A stretch of 64,000 nt of DNA from Hydrurus foetidus (GCA_900617105.1 UYFQ01000260.1:124001-188000), one strand, 5' to 3'; counted from the first letter of the stretch, positions 10,827 to 21,719 are shown. A program made the numbers and translations. The notes: generated by a model from the sequence alone, not told the origin.

Positions 10827-11519
10827 TTAGAACGCGGCCTTCAGGCTCACGGCGACGCGCGAGTCGTAGATGGCGCCGTAGCCGTGCTCGTCGGTGTCGT
10901 GATAGCGCAGGTCGAGGCCGAGGTTGCTGGTGATGGCGTAGGTCGCGCCGATGTTCCAGGTGTTGTAGTCGCCAGCGAGCTTGATTTCCTGGTGACCGAG
11001 GGCGGCGCTGACCGAGATCTTTTCAGAAACCGGAAGCGAACCGTTCACTTCGTAGTAGAACGCGCGGCCGGTGTCGGCCGGGAATTCCGGCGAGTAAAAC
11101 GCCACGACGCCGAGGGTTGCGGGGCCAAAGCTGCGCGAGGCGGCGGCCTTCAGTTCAAGGTAGCTGAACGAACCGGGGATGCCCTTGTCCTTGGAATAGC
11201 CGTAGTAAACGAGGCCCAGGTCCAGGTTGGTGTCGCCCACAACAGGCTTCACGCCGGCATAGATATCGATTTCTGCCGAAGGGTCTTCGACGCCGAAGTC
11301 GACGTTCGAGGCCCAGACGCCCGCATAGCCAATGCCGTAGGCGGCGTCGACGCCGCCGAAGATTTGCGGATCTTCCTGGGTGTTGCTCACGCCGCGGAAG
11401 ACGTAGTCGCTGGCGACGCCAACATTGTAGGACAGCTTCAGCGAGTCTTGCGCCATGGCGGCGCCGCTGAGAGCAACGGTAGCAGCGGCCGAAGCCAGCG
11501 CGATCTTCATGATGTTCAT
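10827..11519 (-). CDS. TorF-family putative porin
   Basis: Signal peptide AMA|Q; SDYVFRGVS, YAGVWASNVDF and EIDIYAG motifs; terminal Phe. Confidence 0.88.
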   Translation of the reverse strand: MNIMKIALASAAATVALSGAAMAQDSLKLSYNVGVASDYVFRGVSNTQEDPQIFGGVDAAYGIGYAGVWASNVDFGVEDPSAEIDIYAGVKPVVGDTNLDLGLVYYGYSKDKGIPGSFSYLELKAAASRSFGPATLGVVAFYSPEFPADTGRAFYYEVNGSLPVSEKISVSAALGHQEIKLAGDYNTWNIGATYAITSNLGLDLRYHDTDEHGYGAIYDSRVAVSLKAAF

Positions 11520-11785
11520 GGTGGTCTATCCCCTTCTTTGTGTCGCCTCTCGGAGGCTGGCTCCGAGTTCGACGGCGCCTGCAAGCGCACTGTGTCGACG
11601 ACTCATTAGTCGCCCACTGTCATGTAGTTGCAATCGCAGTGGGCAAAGCACCAGCACGAACGGCGGTATTCGACTAAAGTTTGAACTCAGTGTGACGAAT
11701 TTGCTTCAGAATGAACGACCTAAGCCACGATGCCGGGTTAAGGCTTGATTGACCTTTACCCGTGTCTTTCACGCATCGCTGGTCT

Positions 11786-12586
11786 CTATCGCATTGAAAG
11801 ACTCGCGCCGCCCAGATGCAGGCCGGCGTCCACCAGCAGGGTCTCGCCGGTCACGTGACGCGAAGCGGGAGAGGCGAGGAAGACCGCCGCTCCGGCCACA
11901 TCCTCGGCCGTTGAGGCGACCTTGAGCGGGGTCGCGGCCGCCGCGCCGGCCCGCAGGCGATCGACGCGTTCGGCGTCCATGGCCTTGCCAAACCAGGGCG
12001 TATCGATGAAGCCGGGGCAGATGGCGTTGACGCGGATGCGCGCCAGGGCCCTGGCCAGCGACAGGGTCATGGTGGTCATCGCGCCTTTCGAGGCGGCGTA
12101 GGGCACCGAAGAGCCGTTGCCGACCACGCCCGCGATGGACGAGGTATTGACCACGGTGCCAGGCTGCGGCGCAGCCTCGAGCAGTGACCGGGCGGCGCGA
12201 ACCATCTGGAAGGCGCCGACCACATTGACGCTGTAGAGCCGCAGGAAGTCTTCGGCGTCGACCGCGTCGAGATCGGCGTGGTTGGGCGCGAACTTGGTCA
12301 TGCCGGCGTTGTTGAACAGGGCATCGATCCGGCCGCTCGCGGCGGCGGCCTCCACAATCCTGCGGCAGTCGGCGTCCTGCGAAACGTCGCCCTGGGCCAG
12401 CACGGCCTTGGCGCCTTCGGCCTCAATGAGCCGGGCGGTTTCCTCGGCGTCCTGCGCGTTGCTGGCGAAGTTGACGACGATCAGGCCGGCGCCGCGCCGG
12501 GCGGTTTCCACCGCAATGGCCCGGCCAAGGCCCGTCGAGGCGCCGGTGACCACAACTGTGAAGCCTTCGAAATCCCGTCCCATCAT
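11786..12586 (-). CDS. Short-chain dehydrogenase/reductase
   Basis: TGASTGLG, NNAG, YAASK and RVNAICPG motifs. Confidence 0.92.
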   Translation of the reverse strand: MMGRDFEGFTVVVTGASTGLGRAIAVETARRGAGLIVVNFASNAQDAEETARLIEAEGAKAVLAQGDVSQDADCRRIVEAAAASGRIDALFNNAGMTKFAPNHADLDAVDAEDFLRLYSVNVVGAFQMVRAARSLLEAAPQPGTVVNTSSIAGVVGNGSSVPYAASKGAMTTMTLSLARALARIRVNAICPGFIDTPWFGKAMDAERVDRLRAGAAAATPLKVASTAEDVAGAAVFLASPASRHVTGETLLVDAGLHLGGASLSMR

Positions 12587-12678
12587 GATGGTCCTCCCAC
12601 GTTCGAACATGTGTTTGGACTTTTGTAGCGACCGGACACCCGCTTGTCTCGGGCGCTGGACGAGCCTAAATCCCGGCG

Positions 12679-13134
12679 ATGACAGACCTCAACGTCACCC
12701 AGCTCGGCCAGATGGTCGACGCGCCCGCCAGTCCCGAGGCCGCGGTTCTCGAGCGCGTGCCCAATCCGCAGTCCGACGTGCTCTATCTGGCCCGCTTCGT
12801 GGCCCCGGAGTTTACCTCGCTGTGCCCGGTCACCGCCCAGCCCGATTTCGCGCATCTGGTCATCGACTATGCGCCGGGCGACTGGCTGATCGAGAGCAAG
12901 TCGCTGAAACTGTATCTGACCAGCTTCCGCAACCATGGCTCGTTCCACGAGGACTGCACGGTCAAGGTCGCCCGCAAGATCGTCGATATCGCCCAGCCGC
13001 GCTGGCTGCGCATCGGCGGCTACTGGTATCCGCGCGGCGGTATCCCGATCGACGTGTTCTGGCAGACAGGCCCGGCGCCGGAAGGCCTGTGGGTTCCAGA
13101 TCAGGGCGTCGCGCCCTATCGCGGCCGGGGCTGA
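12679..13134 (+). CDS. queF: PreQ1 synthase (7-cyano-7-deazaguanine reductase, unimodular type)
   Basis: [24 protein letters not shown] and PRGG motifs. Confidence 0.95.
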   Translation: MTDLNVTQLGQMVDAPASPEAAVLERVPNPQSDVLYLARFVAPEFTSLCPVTAQPDFAHLVIDYAPGDWLIESKSLKLYLTSFRNHGSFHEDCTVKVARKIVDIAQPRWLRIGGYWYPRGGIPIDVFWQTGPAPEGLWVPDQGVAPYRGRG

Positions 13135-13282
13135 TCTAGACTTTCGAGGGTCAACCACGGTTTGCGCGAACCGTCCTGCGAAGGGGGCTGAGCGAGCGCG
13201 GCCACCGCCGGGCCTGTCGACCCCAACTGTCTGTTCATGGTCGGCATAGGCCGCGTCAAACGCGCGGGACGAGGCTTTGGCG

Positions 13283-13912
13283 TTAGCCAGGCGTCCATTC
13301 GCTGGTAATCGCCGCCACATCTGGCCGGACCCGTTCCTGGGGCTGCTCGCTTGACGTGCCCAGATAGAGGAAGCCGGCGACCTTTTCGCCCTCGGCGACG
13401 CCCAGGATCGCCAGCGCGCGCGGATCATAGGAATACCAGTCGGTGATCCAGTTGGCGCCCCAGCCCATGGCGGGCGCGGCCAGCAGCATCTGCATGCACA
13501 CCGCCGAGGCGCTCTGGCGCTGCTCCCATTCGGGGATTTCACCGGGGATGTGACGCGAGATCACCGCCACGCAGACCGGCGGGCGGGTCAGCTTGCGCAG
13601 GGCGGCGTTGGCCTTGAGCGGATTGACCTGGTCACCGGCCAGCGCCGAAATCTTTTCGGCGAAGACATCCTTGGCCGCGCCGCGCAGGATCACGAACCGC
13701 CAGGGTGACAGCTTGCCGTGGTCGGGTACGCGGGCCGCCAGTCGCAGCAGGTCGGTCAGTTGCGCGTCGTCAGGACCCGGCGCGGTCAGGCTCATGGCCG
13801 AGGCCGAGCGGCGACGGGCCAGAAAGCTCAGCACCGACGGCGAGGTCTCGATCGGCAGGGTTTCGCCAAACGCCGGCGCGGGGGGAACAGAACCGGTCAA
13901 GACGATCTCCAC
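13283..13912 (-). CDS. Nitroreductase family protein (YdjA-like)
   Basis: RRS, RVPDHGKLSPWRF and GWGANW motifs. Confidence 0.9.
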   Translation of the reverse strand: MEIVLTGSVPPAPAFGETLPIETSPSVLSFLARRRSASAMSLTAPGPDDAQLTDLLRLAARVPDHGKLSPWRFVILRGAAKDVFAEKISALAGDQVNPLKANAALRKLTRPPVCVAVISRHIPGEIPEWEQRQSASAVCMQMLLAAPAMGWGANWITDWYSYDPRALAILGVAEGEKVAGFLYLGTSSEQPQERVRPDVAAITSEWTPG

Positions 13913-13973
13913 GAAGCATTGTACTTCAGTCTAACTATGGCCGGGCCCCGGCCGCCACAAGCCGCGAGCCGCC

Positions 13974-14582
13974 ATGACCCAGAAGCCCGACTGGCTGAAG
14001 CCGCACGGAACGCCGTGGAGCATTCGCGCGGCCAAGGTCGTTTACGACAATCCCTGGATCAAGGTGACAGAGTATCAGGCCATCGCCCCGACGGGCCGGC
14101 CGGCGCTGTATGGCAAGGTCGGGTTCAAGAACCAGGCGATCGGCGTGGTGCCCCTGCACGAGGACGGCACGGTGACCCTGGTCGGCCAGAACCGCTTCTC
14201 GCTGGCCAACTACAGCTGGGAGCTGCCGGAGGGCGGCGCGCCGCTGGACGAGGATCCTTTGGAGGGCGCCAAGCGCGAACTGGCCGAGGAGGTCGGGCTT
14301 GAGGCCGCCGACTGGCGCCCGATCCTGCGGATGGAGCTCTCCAACTCGGTCACCGACGAGATCTGCCACGGCTTTCTGGCCATGGGCCTGACGCCTACGC
14401 CGACCGCCCCGGACGAGACCGAGGATCTGGCCGTGGCGCGCGTGCCCTTCGCCGAGGCGCTGGACGCGGCGGTGGCCGGGCACATGCCGGACTCGTTGAC
14501 GGTGGCGCTGCTGCTTAGGGTGCACCATATGGCGGTCAGGGGAGAGCTTCCGAGCGATCTCGCCCGTCTCGTGCTAGAATAG
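13974..14582 (+). CDS. NUDIX hydrolase
   Basis: Nudix box WELPEGG...AKRELAEEVG. Confidence 0.92.
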   Translation: MTQKPDWLKPHGTPWSIRAAKVVYDNPWIKVTEYQAIAPTGRPALYGKVGFKNQAIGVVPLHEDGTVTLVGQNRFSLANYSWELPEGGAPLDEDPLEGAKRELAEEVGLEAADWRPILRMELSNSVTDEICHGFLAMGLTPTPTAPDETEDLAVARVPFAEALDAAVAGHMPDSLTVALLLRVHHMAVRGELPSDLARLVLE

Positions 14583-14673
14583 GCGCAAGAGGGCGAAGGC
14601 GGGGCCTTTCCCAACAGGACTGGTGCGTCTTCAAAAAGGATGCTCTAGTCCCAGCAGGCAGAGGGAGAGCCCG

Positions 14674-15503
14674 GTGGCCAAGCATCTGGAAGTCGTAACC
14701 GACCAGTCGTCCGTCCCCGTGTGGGCGGCGCTGCGCAATCAGGCCGAACACGCCGCCAAGGCCGAGCCGGCCCTGGCCTCGCTGCTCAATGCCGTGATCC
14801 TCAGCCACGACAATCTGGCCGACGCCCTGACCTTCCAGCTGGCGCGCAAGCTGGGCGACCAGGAAATGCGGGCCATGACGGCGCGCGAGTTCGCCGCCGA
14901 AGCCTTCAATTCCGACCCGGCCCTGGTCACCGCCGCCGAGGCCGACCTGATGGCCGTGTTCGAGCGCGATCCGGCCTGCAAGGGCTATGTCCAGCCGTTC
15001 CTGTTCTTCAAGGGCTTCCTGGCCCTGCAGACCCACCGCGTGTCGCACTGGCTGTGGAGCGAGGGCCGCGAGACCCTGGCCTTCTATCTGCAGAGCCGGG
15101 CCAGCGAGGTCTTCCAGGTCGATATCAACCCCGCCGCCCGTATCGGCCAGGGCGTGTTCATCGACCACGGCACCGGCATCGTCATCGGCGAGACGGCGGT
15201 GGTCGGCGACGACGTCTCGATGCTGCATGGGGTCACCCTGGGCGGCACGGGCGCTGATCGCGGCGACCGCCACCCCAAGATCGGTCGGGGCGTGCTGTTG
15301 GGCGCCGGGGCCAAGGTGCTGGGAAACATCACGGTCGGCGACTATGCCAAGGTTGCCTCGGGTTCGGTGGTGCTCAAGCCCGTGCCGCCGCACTGCACGG
15401 CCGCCGGCGTTCCGCCCGCATCGTCAACTGCCCGACCTGCGAAGAGCCCGCCAAGTCGATGGACCAGACCCTGTCCGAAGCCGTGTACGATTACGTGATC
15501 TGA
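14674..15503 (+). CDS. cysE: Serine O-acetyltransferase (frameshift near the 3' end)
   Basis: ERDPAC, FFKGFLALQ, IDHGTG and TLGGTG...RHPKIG motifs; hexapeptide repeats. Confidence 0.95.
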
Positions 15504-16297
15504 GTGCGGCTTCGTCTCTGGAAAGGCCTGCTTCTCGCGGCTCTGCTGACCGCGAGCGTCTCCGCGCCGGCCCTGGCGGAAAAGCCGCGCCAGTACGGCT
15601 ACACCGTGGTCGCCGCCTATCCGCATGATACGGGGCCTTCACCGAGGGCCTGTTCTGGCGCGACGGCTTTCTCTACGAGAGCACAGGGCTGGAGGGCCGC
15701 TCGTCGATCCGAAAGGTCACGCTGGAGACCGGACTGCCTGAGCAAGAGCGTCTGGTCGATTCCCGCTATTTCGGCGAGGGGATCATCGACTGGAAGGACC
15801 GGCTGATCGAGCTGACCTGGAAGAACCAGATCGGCTTGATCTACGACATCGCCACCTTCGAACTGATCGGCGAGTTTTCCTATCCCGGCGAGGGCTGGGC
15901 CCTGACCCGTGACGAAACGCGGATCATCATGAGCGATGGGACTTCTGAGCTGCGGTTCCTCGATCCCGAGACGCTGACGGAAACCGGTCGCATCCAGGTC
16001 ACCGACGACGGCAAGCCTGTGGATAACCTCAACGAGCTGGAATGGGTGAAGGGCGAGGTGCTGGCCAATATCTGGCAGACCGACCGTATCGCCCGCATCG
16101 ATCCCAAGACCGGCCGTGTGACGGGGTGGATCGATCTGTCAGGCCTGCTGGGCGAGGCCGATCGGGCCGGCCGGCAGGTCGATGTGCTGAACGGCATCGC
16201 TTATGACGCGGCGACCGATCGGCTGCTCGTGACCGGAAAGTTCTGGCCCAAGCTGTTCGAGATCAAGCTGACGCCCAAGGCTGGTTCGCCGCATTAG
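15504..16297 (+). CDS. Glutaminyl-peptide cyclotransferase (bacterial/plant beta-propeller type; frameshifted)
   Basis: YPHD, FTEGL, YESTG, FGEG, QLTW-like ELTWK, EGWALT, SDG, NLNELE, VLNGIA and TGK.W motifs; signal peptide. Confidence 0.9.
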
Positions 16298-16407
16298 AAG
16301 CGCCTGAGTCACCGGCCTTGGCCGGAAGCGGCTTGCGACTCCGGCACGGAACGCTAGGTTCGCCTCAATACGCGCCACGGCGCTCAACGAGAAAACAGGA
16401 GCTCCCC

Positions 16408-16614
16408 GTGGACGCTGAATCCATCGCCAAGATCGAAAAGCACCTGAAGCGCACCTTCGGCAATCCGCATATCGCGCTGAAGGCCCGTCCCAAGCAGAAG
16501 GATTCCGCCGAGGTCGAAGTGGCCGGCGAGTTCATCGGCGTCGTCTTCCAGGATGAAGATGAAGACGGCTCGTTCATGTTCGAAATGGCGATCCTGGCCG
16601 AAGACCTCGACTAG
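16408..16614 (+). CDS. DUF3126 family small protein
   Basis: LKRTFGN...DSAEV...EFIG...FEMAILAEDL; AGGAG RBS. Confidence 0.85.
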   Translation: MDAESIAKIEKHLKRTFGNPHIALKARPKQKDSAEVEVAGEFIGVVFQDEDEDGSFMFEMAILAEDLD

Positions 16615-16644
16615 AACCGCAACAGGCCAGGCCGGCAGGGCGAT

Positions 16645-17328
16645 ATGAGTTCGCACGTCCTCGACCGGCCGGTCTGGTCGGCCTTCACGGGCCGGCAGGC
16701 GGATCGCGCGATCCGCCGGGGCCTTGCCCTCCGGGTCGCGCCGGCGTTCGGCCTGTTCGCCGCTGCGGCCGACACTTCGATAGAGGCCCTTTCCGATTTG
16801 GGCGCCCTGGTCGTCGAGCATGGCGTCGGCGGTCTTGTCGAGCTTGCCGCGCCGCCGCCCATTCCAGGGACTCTGGTCGTCTCCAGCGCAGTGTGCCTGC
16901 AGATGGTCGCAGAGACCGTCGCGCCAGCCTGGGACGTCGCCTTCGAGATGCTGCCGCTGGGCGACGCCGATGCGGCCGAGATGCTGGCCCTGGCCACCCT
17001 GACCAAACCCGGCCCCTTCTTTGCTCGCACCCATCAACTGGGCCGCTTCATCGGCGTGCGCGTCGACGGCCAACTGGTCGCCATGGCCGGTGAACGCATG
17101 CGCCCTGAGGGCCATACCGAAGCCAGCGGGGTCTGCGTGCATCCCGATCACCGGGGCAAGGGCTATGCCGCGCGGCTTCTGCGCGAAGTAACGGACAGGA
17201 TCCTGGCGCGCGGCGAGCAGGCGTTTCTGCATAGCTATGCCGACAACGCCGCCGCCATCGGCCTCTACGAGTCGCTGGGCTATCGCGGCCGGCGCGAGGT
17301 GGTGTTCACGATCCTGGCGGCGGCCTAG
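16645..17328 (+). CDS. GNAT acetyltransferase, FR47-like
   Basis: LDRPVW, TKPGPF, MAGER, VHPDHRGKGYA and N..AIGLYESLG motifs. Confidence 0.9.
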   Translation: MSSHVLDRPVWSAFTGRQADRAIRRGLALRVAPAFGLFAAAADTSIEALSDLGALVVEHGVGGLVELAAPPPIPGTLVVSSAVCLQMVAETVAPAWDVAFEMLPLGDADAAEMLALATLTKPGPFFARTHQLGRFIGVRVDGQLVAMAGERMRPEGHTEASGVCVHPDHRGKGYAARLLREVTDRILARGEQAFLHSYADNAAAIGLYESLGYRGRREVVFTILAAA

Positions 17329-17409
17329 GCGGGATCGAGATCCAGAGATTCCGGATGCTCAAGCCCACACCATAAAGCTCGTCATTCCCGCCCTTGGCGG
17401 CGGGAACCC

Positions 17410-18685
17410 TGTTCAGACCGGGGACATGCCTGACGGTTGTTCGGGGACATAGCTGACACATCATTGGCTGGAATGGCTCTTGAGGAGGGCGGTCCATGCC
17501 TTGGCGTGAGGTTTCGGCGATGGAACAGCGGCGTGAGTTTGTCAGGCTAGCGATGATGGAAGGCGCGAACCGGCGTGAGTTGTGCCGGCGGTTCGGGATC
17601 AGCCCGGAGGTGGGGTATAAGTGGCTGGCCAGGGTGCAGGCGGGGGATGGCGATCTGACGGACCGCTCTCGCCGGCCTCACGCCAGCCCAGCGCGCACGG
17701 GCGCGGTGATTGAGGCGGCAGTGCTGGCGGTTCGCCAGGCGCATCCGGCCTGGGGCGCGCGGAAGATCAAGGCCTGGCTGGAGGCGCGGGGGGCGGTGGC
17801 TCCGGCGGTCTCGACAGTGCATGAGATCCTGCGCCGCCACGGCCGGATCGAGACCTTCCCTGAGGCCCCGGGCAAGGCCTGGACGCGCTTCGAGCGAAGC
17901 GAGCCCAACGAGCTCTGGCAGATGGATTTCAAGGGCTGGGTGCGGCTGGCCAGCGGCGAATGCTGCCACCCCCTGACCGTGCTGGACGATCATTCGCGCT
18001 TCTCGCCAGCCTTGCGGGCTTGCCCCGACCAGCAGAGCGCTACCGTCCAGGCCCACCTGGAGCAGGCCTTTCGCCGCCACGGATTGCCCAAAGCGTTCTT
18101 CGTCGACAACGGCCCGCCCTGGGGTTCGTCCTGGGACCAGGCCGGCGGCGAGCGCTGGACGCGCCTGGCCGTCTGGCTGCTCAAGCTCGGCGTGCGGGTG
18201 CTCTACAGCCGCCCCTACCATCCCCAGAGCCGCGGCAAGATCGAGCGCTTCCACCGCTCCCTGGCCGCCGAGGTCTTCGCCCTGCGCACCTTCGACAGCT
18301 TTGCGCAGGTCCAGCGAGCCTTCGACCGCTGGCGGGAAACCTACAACCACGAGCGCCCCCACGAGGCCCTCGGCCAGACCTGCCCCGTCAGCCACTATCG
18401 CCAGAGCCCCCGCGCGATGCCCGAACACCTGCCTTCGCCGGAATACGACGCCGACGACATCGTCAGGACCGTTTCCACCACCAAGGCCTATGTCCGCTTC
18501 AACGGGCGACTATGGTCCGTCCCAAAGGCCTTCCGAGGCGAGCGCCTCGCCCTGCGCCCCTCGATCGCGACGGCTTATACGGCGTCTTCTTCGCAAGCCA
18601 CCCGGTCGCAACCATCGACTTGACCCAACCCAAAACCGTCAGTCATGTCTCCGAACAGGTGTCCGCTATGTCCCCGGTCTGAACA
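17410..18685 (+). mobile_element. IS481-family insertion sequence, 1276 bp
   Basis: TGT...ACA ends; 18-bp perfect terminal IR TGTTCAGACCGGGGACAT extending imperfectly to about 45 bp; near-identical flanking direct repeats of about 16 bp. Confidence 0.93.
17496..18682 (+). CDS. IS481-family DDE transposase (frameshift near 18560)
   Basis: N-terminal HTH; WQMDFKG, LDDHSR, VDNG, PYHPQSRGKIERFH and YNHERPHEAL motifs. Confidence 0.93.
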
Positions 18686-18840
18686 CTTGTGGCGGGAACC
18701 CCTGGTTCAGCTGACACGTGAAGGGCCAGCGAAGTGCGCGCGCACTTCGCCCCTCCCGCACCTGCGGCGGATGGAGGGGTTCCCGCCACAAGGGCGGGAA
18801 TGACGGGAAAAATGGGAGGGCGGACTGAATGCGATCAGCC

Positions 18841-20800
18841 CTAGGCCTCCAGCCGTCTTCGCCGCCGCCATCGCGCCCAGCCGTAGAGCGCCAGGATGAC
18901 GACCGCCGCAGCGACCAGGGCCAGGATCATGCCGGCGGTGCTCGGGCGGCGGGCGCAATGGCCAGGGGCGACCTTGCGGAGCCGGCAATCAGACCGGCCA
19001 GGGCCTGGTTGAACAGGCTCTCGCCGACGATGAAGCCCGAGGCCACCAGCACGCCCATGCGCTTGGCCGGCTCGGCGGTGCGGTCCTTGCTGACCATGCG
19101 CTCATAGATCCAGCCGAGCACGGCGCCGACGACCACGGGGGCGGTCACCGCGCTGGGCAGATAGATGGCCAGGCCCAGCCAGGGGCGGCAGGCTGAGGCG
19201 CTCGTTGCTGAAGCGGCGCACCAGACGTCAACCGCTAGACCGCACCCAGCCCCGACGCCGAGGCCCAGCAGGTTCCAGGCAGAACGCCGCCCATCCGCCC
19301 TTGGCCAGGGTCGAGATCAGGGTGGCCAGGGGCGCGCCGAGGCGTCGGCGCCGGCGACGGTGCAGAGGTTGGGGGCCCGGTGAAGCCGTCGGAGCGATTG
19401 AGCAGTCCAGCATCACCGGAACGGCCACGAGCCGGCCAGCGCGCCGATCACCAGCGACCTGCTGCCGCCACGGGTGGCGTCGACCAGCCGGGCCGGTCTT
19501 CAGGTCCCGCAGGTTGTCATTGGAGATCACAGCCACGGCCAGGACGATGGCGAAGCGAAACAGGCGAAGGCGAGCAGGGCGTGCGGTCGTCCGGTCCGGA
19601 TCGTCGCGGCCGACGCCCTGACCATCAGCGAGGAAGCTCCAGAACGTCGATGGCGAGGCGGTGCCGGGCTGTTGGACGAGCCGATCAGGCCGGCCATGTA
19701 GGCGCAGACGGCGGCGGCCACGCAGACCGGCGAACACCAGATAGGCCACGGCGGCGCACGATCAGGGGCGTGGCGATGGCCGACATCGGTCCGCCGCTGA
19801 GGAAGTGGGCCATCACCCAGCCGGCTGGCGCCAGCAGGGCGGTGGCGACGATGCCGACGATCAGGATCGGAATGTCCTGCTCGACCCGGGGGATCACGGC
19901 GCCATCGCCGCGCCGGGCCTTGCCGGCCTCGAAGGCCGAAACCAGGCCCTGCCAGATCGGGACGATCAGCTTGCCCAGGGTCCAAATTGCGGCGGCGCCG
20001 CTGACGCCAGCGCCCAGGAAGCGGACCTTGGTGCTCCACACCGTCAGGGCGTGGTCGGCGGCGCTGGCGCCCGGCATCGGGAAGATGTGGGTCATGATCG
20101 GCACCAGCACGGCCCAGGCGATGGCCAGGCCGGCGAACATGGCGATGCCGACGGTGCTGCCCATCAGGTGGCCCGCGCCCATCAGGGCTGGGGCGAGTTG
20201 AGGTTTAGGCTGGCCGCGCCAGCCCCGGTTCAAGGAAGCCCTGGCCACCTCGCCGGCGAAGACGGCGGCCGCCAGGGCCGCGAACAGCGCCGAAGCCAGG
20301 CGGTTTGCCGGTGACATGACCAGACTCGCCTTGCCTCGGCGGCGCCGCACAGAGCGAAGCCGACCTTCAGCACTTCGGTGGCGGCGACGCCCTGGGTAGG
20401 GCAGGCTGGTGTTCGCCACCGGCCCGGCGCCGGGCGGGATGGTGTACATCACGCCCAGAATCCGCCGACCGCGCAGGCCATGAAGGTGGTGAGAAGGGCA
20501 CATGCGCCCACCAGCCGATCACCAGCAGGCCGGGCAGGACGAAGATCACCGAGGCCAGGGTGCCCGCCGCCGAGGCGATGGTCTGGACGATGTTGTTTTC
20601 CTGAATGGTCGAGGTCTTGAAGGCCCGCAGCAGCGCCATCGAGATCACCGCCGCCGGGATCGAGGTCGCGAAGGTCAGGCCGACCTTGAGGCCCAGATAG
20701 ACCTGTGCCGCCGTGAACACCAGGGTGATGGCGATCCCGAGCAGGACGCCGCGGATGGGAATTCCGGCGTGGGATCCAGGCGGTGGCGTTCTTCGGCCAT
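18841..20800 (-). CDS. OPT-family oligopeptide transporter (heavily frameshifted)
   Basis: YLGLKVGLTFATSIPAAVISM, ENNIVQTIASAAG, YMAGLIGSSNSP, SNDNL.DLKTG and LVASGFIVGESL motifs across frames. Confidence 0.88.
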
Positions 20801-20919
20801 GCCCTGGCTGACCTGAACTATCTGGGTCAGGGCGGCCTTCGCCCTCACCACCCGAATGCCGCAAGGCTGCAGGGCGGCCGATGCCGGAGCTGAACTGGTT
20901 CTTCGAAATCACAGAACGC

Positions 20920-21699
20920 TCAGCATCTCCGCGACCAGGGGGTGACGGACGATGTCGCGGTCAGCCAGGCGGACCACGCCGATGTTCTCCAGCGCTTCGA
21001 ACTTGGCGGCCACGTCGGCCAGGCCGGAAATGCCGGGCAGCAGGTCGGACTGGTTGGGGTCGCCGGTGACGACCATGGTGGAGTTCCGCCCAGGCGGGTC
21101 AGCAGCATTTTCAGCTGCATGTAGGTGCAGTTCTGGGCCTCGTCGATGACCACGAAGGCGTTGTTCAGGGTGCGACCCCGCATGAAGCCCACGGGCGCGA
21201 TCTCGATGGCGCCCTCGGCCATCAGCGCGCGCATGCGCCGGGTCGAAAGGCGGTCGGTGAGGGCGTCATAGAGCGGGCGCAGATAGGGGGCCAGCTTGTC
21301 TTCCATGTCACCGGGCAGATAGCCCAGCGACTCGCCGGCCTCGACAGCAGGGCGCGACAGGACGATGCGGGCGACGCTGCCGGCTTCCAGGGCTTCAACA
21401 GCCTTGGCGATGGCGATGTAGGTCTTGCCGGTGCCTGCGGGGCCCAGCGCCATGACCAGGTTCTTCTTGTCGATGGCCTCCATCAACTCGGACTGGCCTG
21501 GAGATTTGGGTTTTATGGTCTTGAGGTAGCTTTGATCCCGCTCCGGCCCTTTTGCGGCCCCGTCAGGCCCGAGGGGCGACCAGCTATTGCCTCGCTCCCG
21601 AATATCGACCGGCAAGCGACGCACCTTGGCGTCGTCACCATAGTGGCCGGTTTCGGTCGCGCCTTCGCGCGCCATACGCTTCAGGGCTCGCTTGGTCAT
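20920..21699 (-). CDS. phoH: PhoH-family ATPase (frameshift near 21090)
   Basis: GPAGTGKT, SRPAVEAGE, GFMRGRTL, DEAQN and LTRLG motifs. Confidence 0.92.
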   Translation of the reverse strand: MTKRALKRMAREGATETGHYGDDAKVRRLPVDIRERGNSWSPLGPDGAAKGPERDQSYLKTIKPKSPGQSELMEAIDKKNLVMALGPAGTGKTYIAIAKAVEALEAGSVARIVLSRPAVEAGESLGYLPGDMEDKLAPYLRPLYDALTDRLSTRRMRALMAEGAIEIAPVGFMRGRTLNNAFVVIDEAQNCTYMQLKMLLTRLGGTPPWSSPATPTSPTCCPAFPAWPTWPPSSKRWRTSAWSAWLTATSSVTPWSRRC

Positions 21700-21719
21700 G
21701 AAAGCCTCCATTCAGGCAT

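Larger units (their letters stand above)
17381..18804. repeat. Palindromic intergenic repeat (REP/CIR-like) interrupted by an IS
   Basis: The reconstituted left arm GTCATTCCCGCCCTTGTGGCGGGAACCCCT is the exact reverse complement of the right arm at 18775-18804; internal 22-bp palindrome at 18729-18750. Confidence 0.8.

Noticed and set aside
11738..11753. CtrA-like TTAA-N7-TTGAC upstream of the TorF porin
   Set aside because: It has a mismatch, lies over 200 nt from the start and has no supporting context.
12590..12678. preQ1 riboswitch upstream of queF, or a LexA box near 12601
   Set aside because: No riboswitch stem with an A-rich tail; the GTTC repeat spacing does not match GTTC-N7-GTTC.
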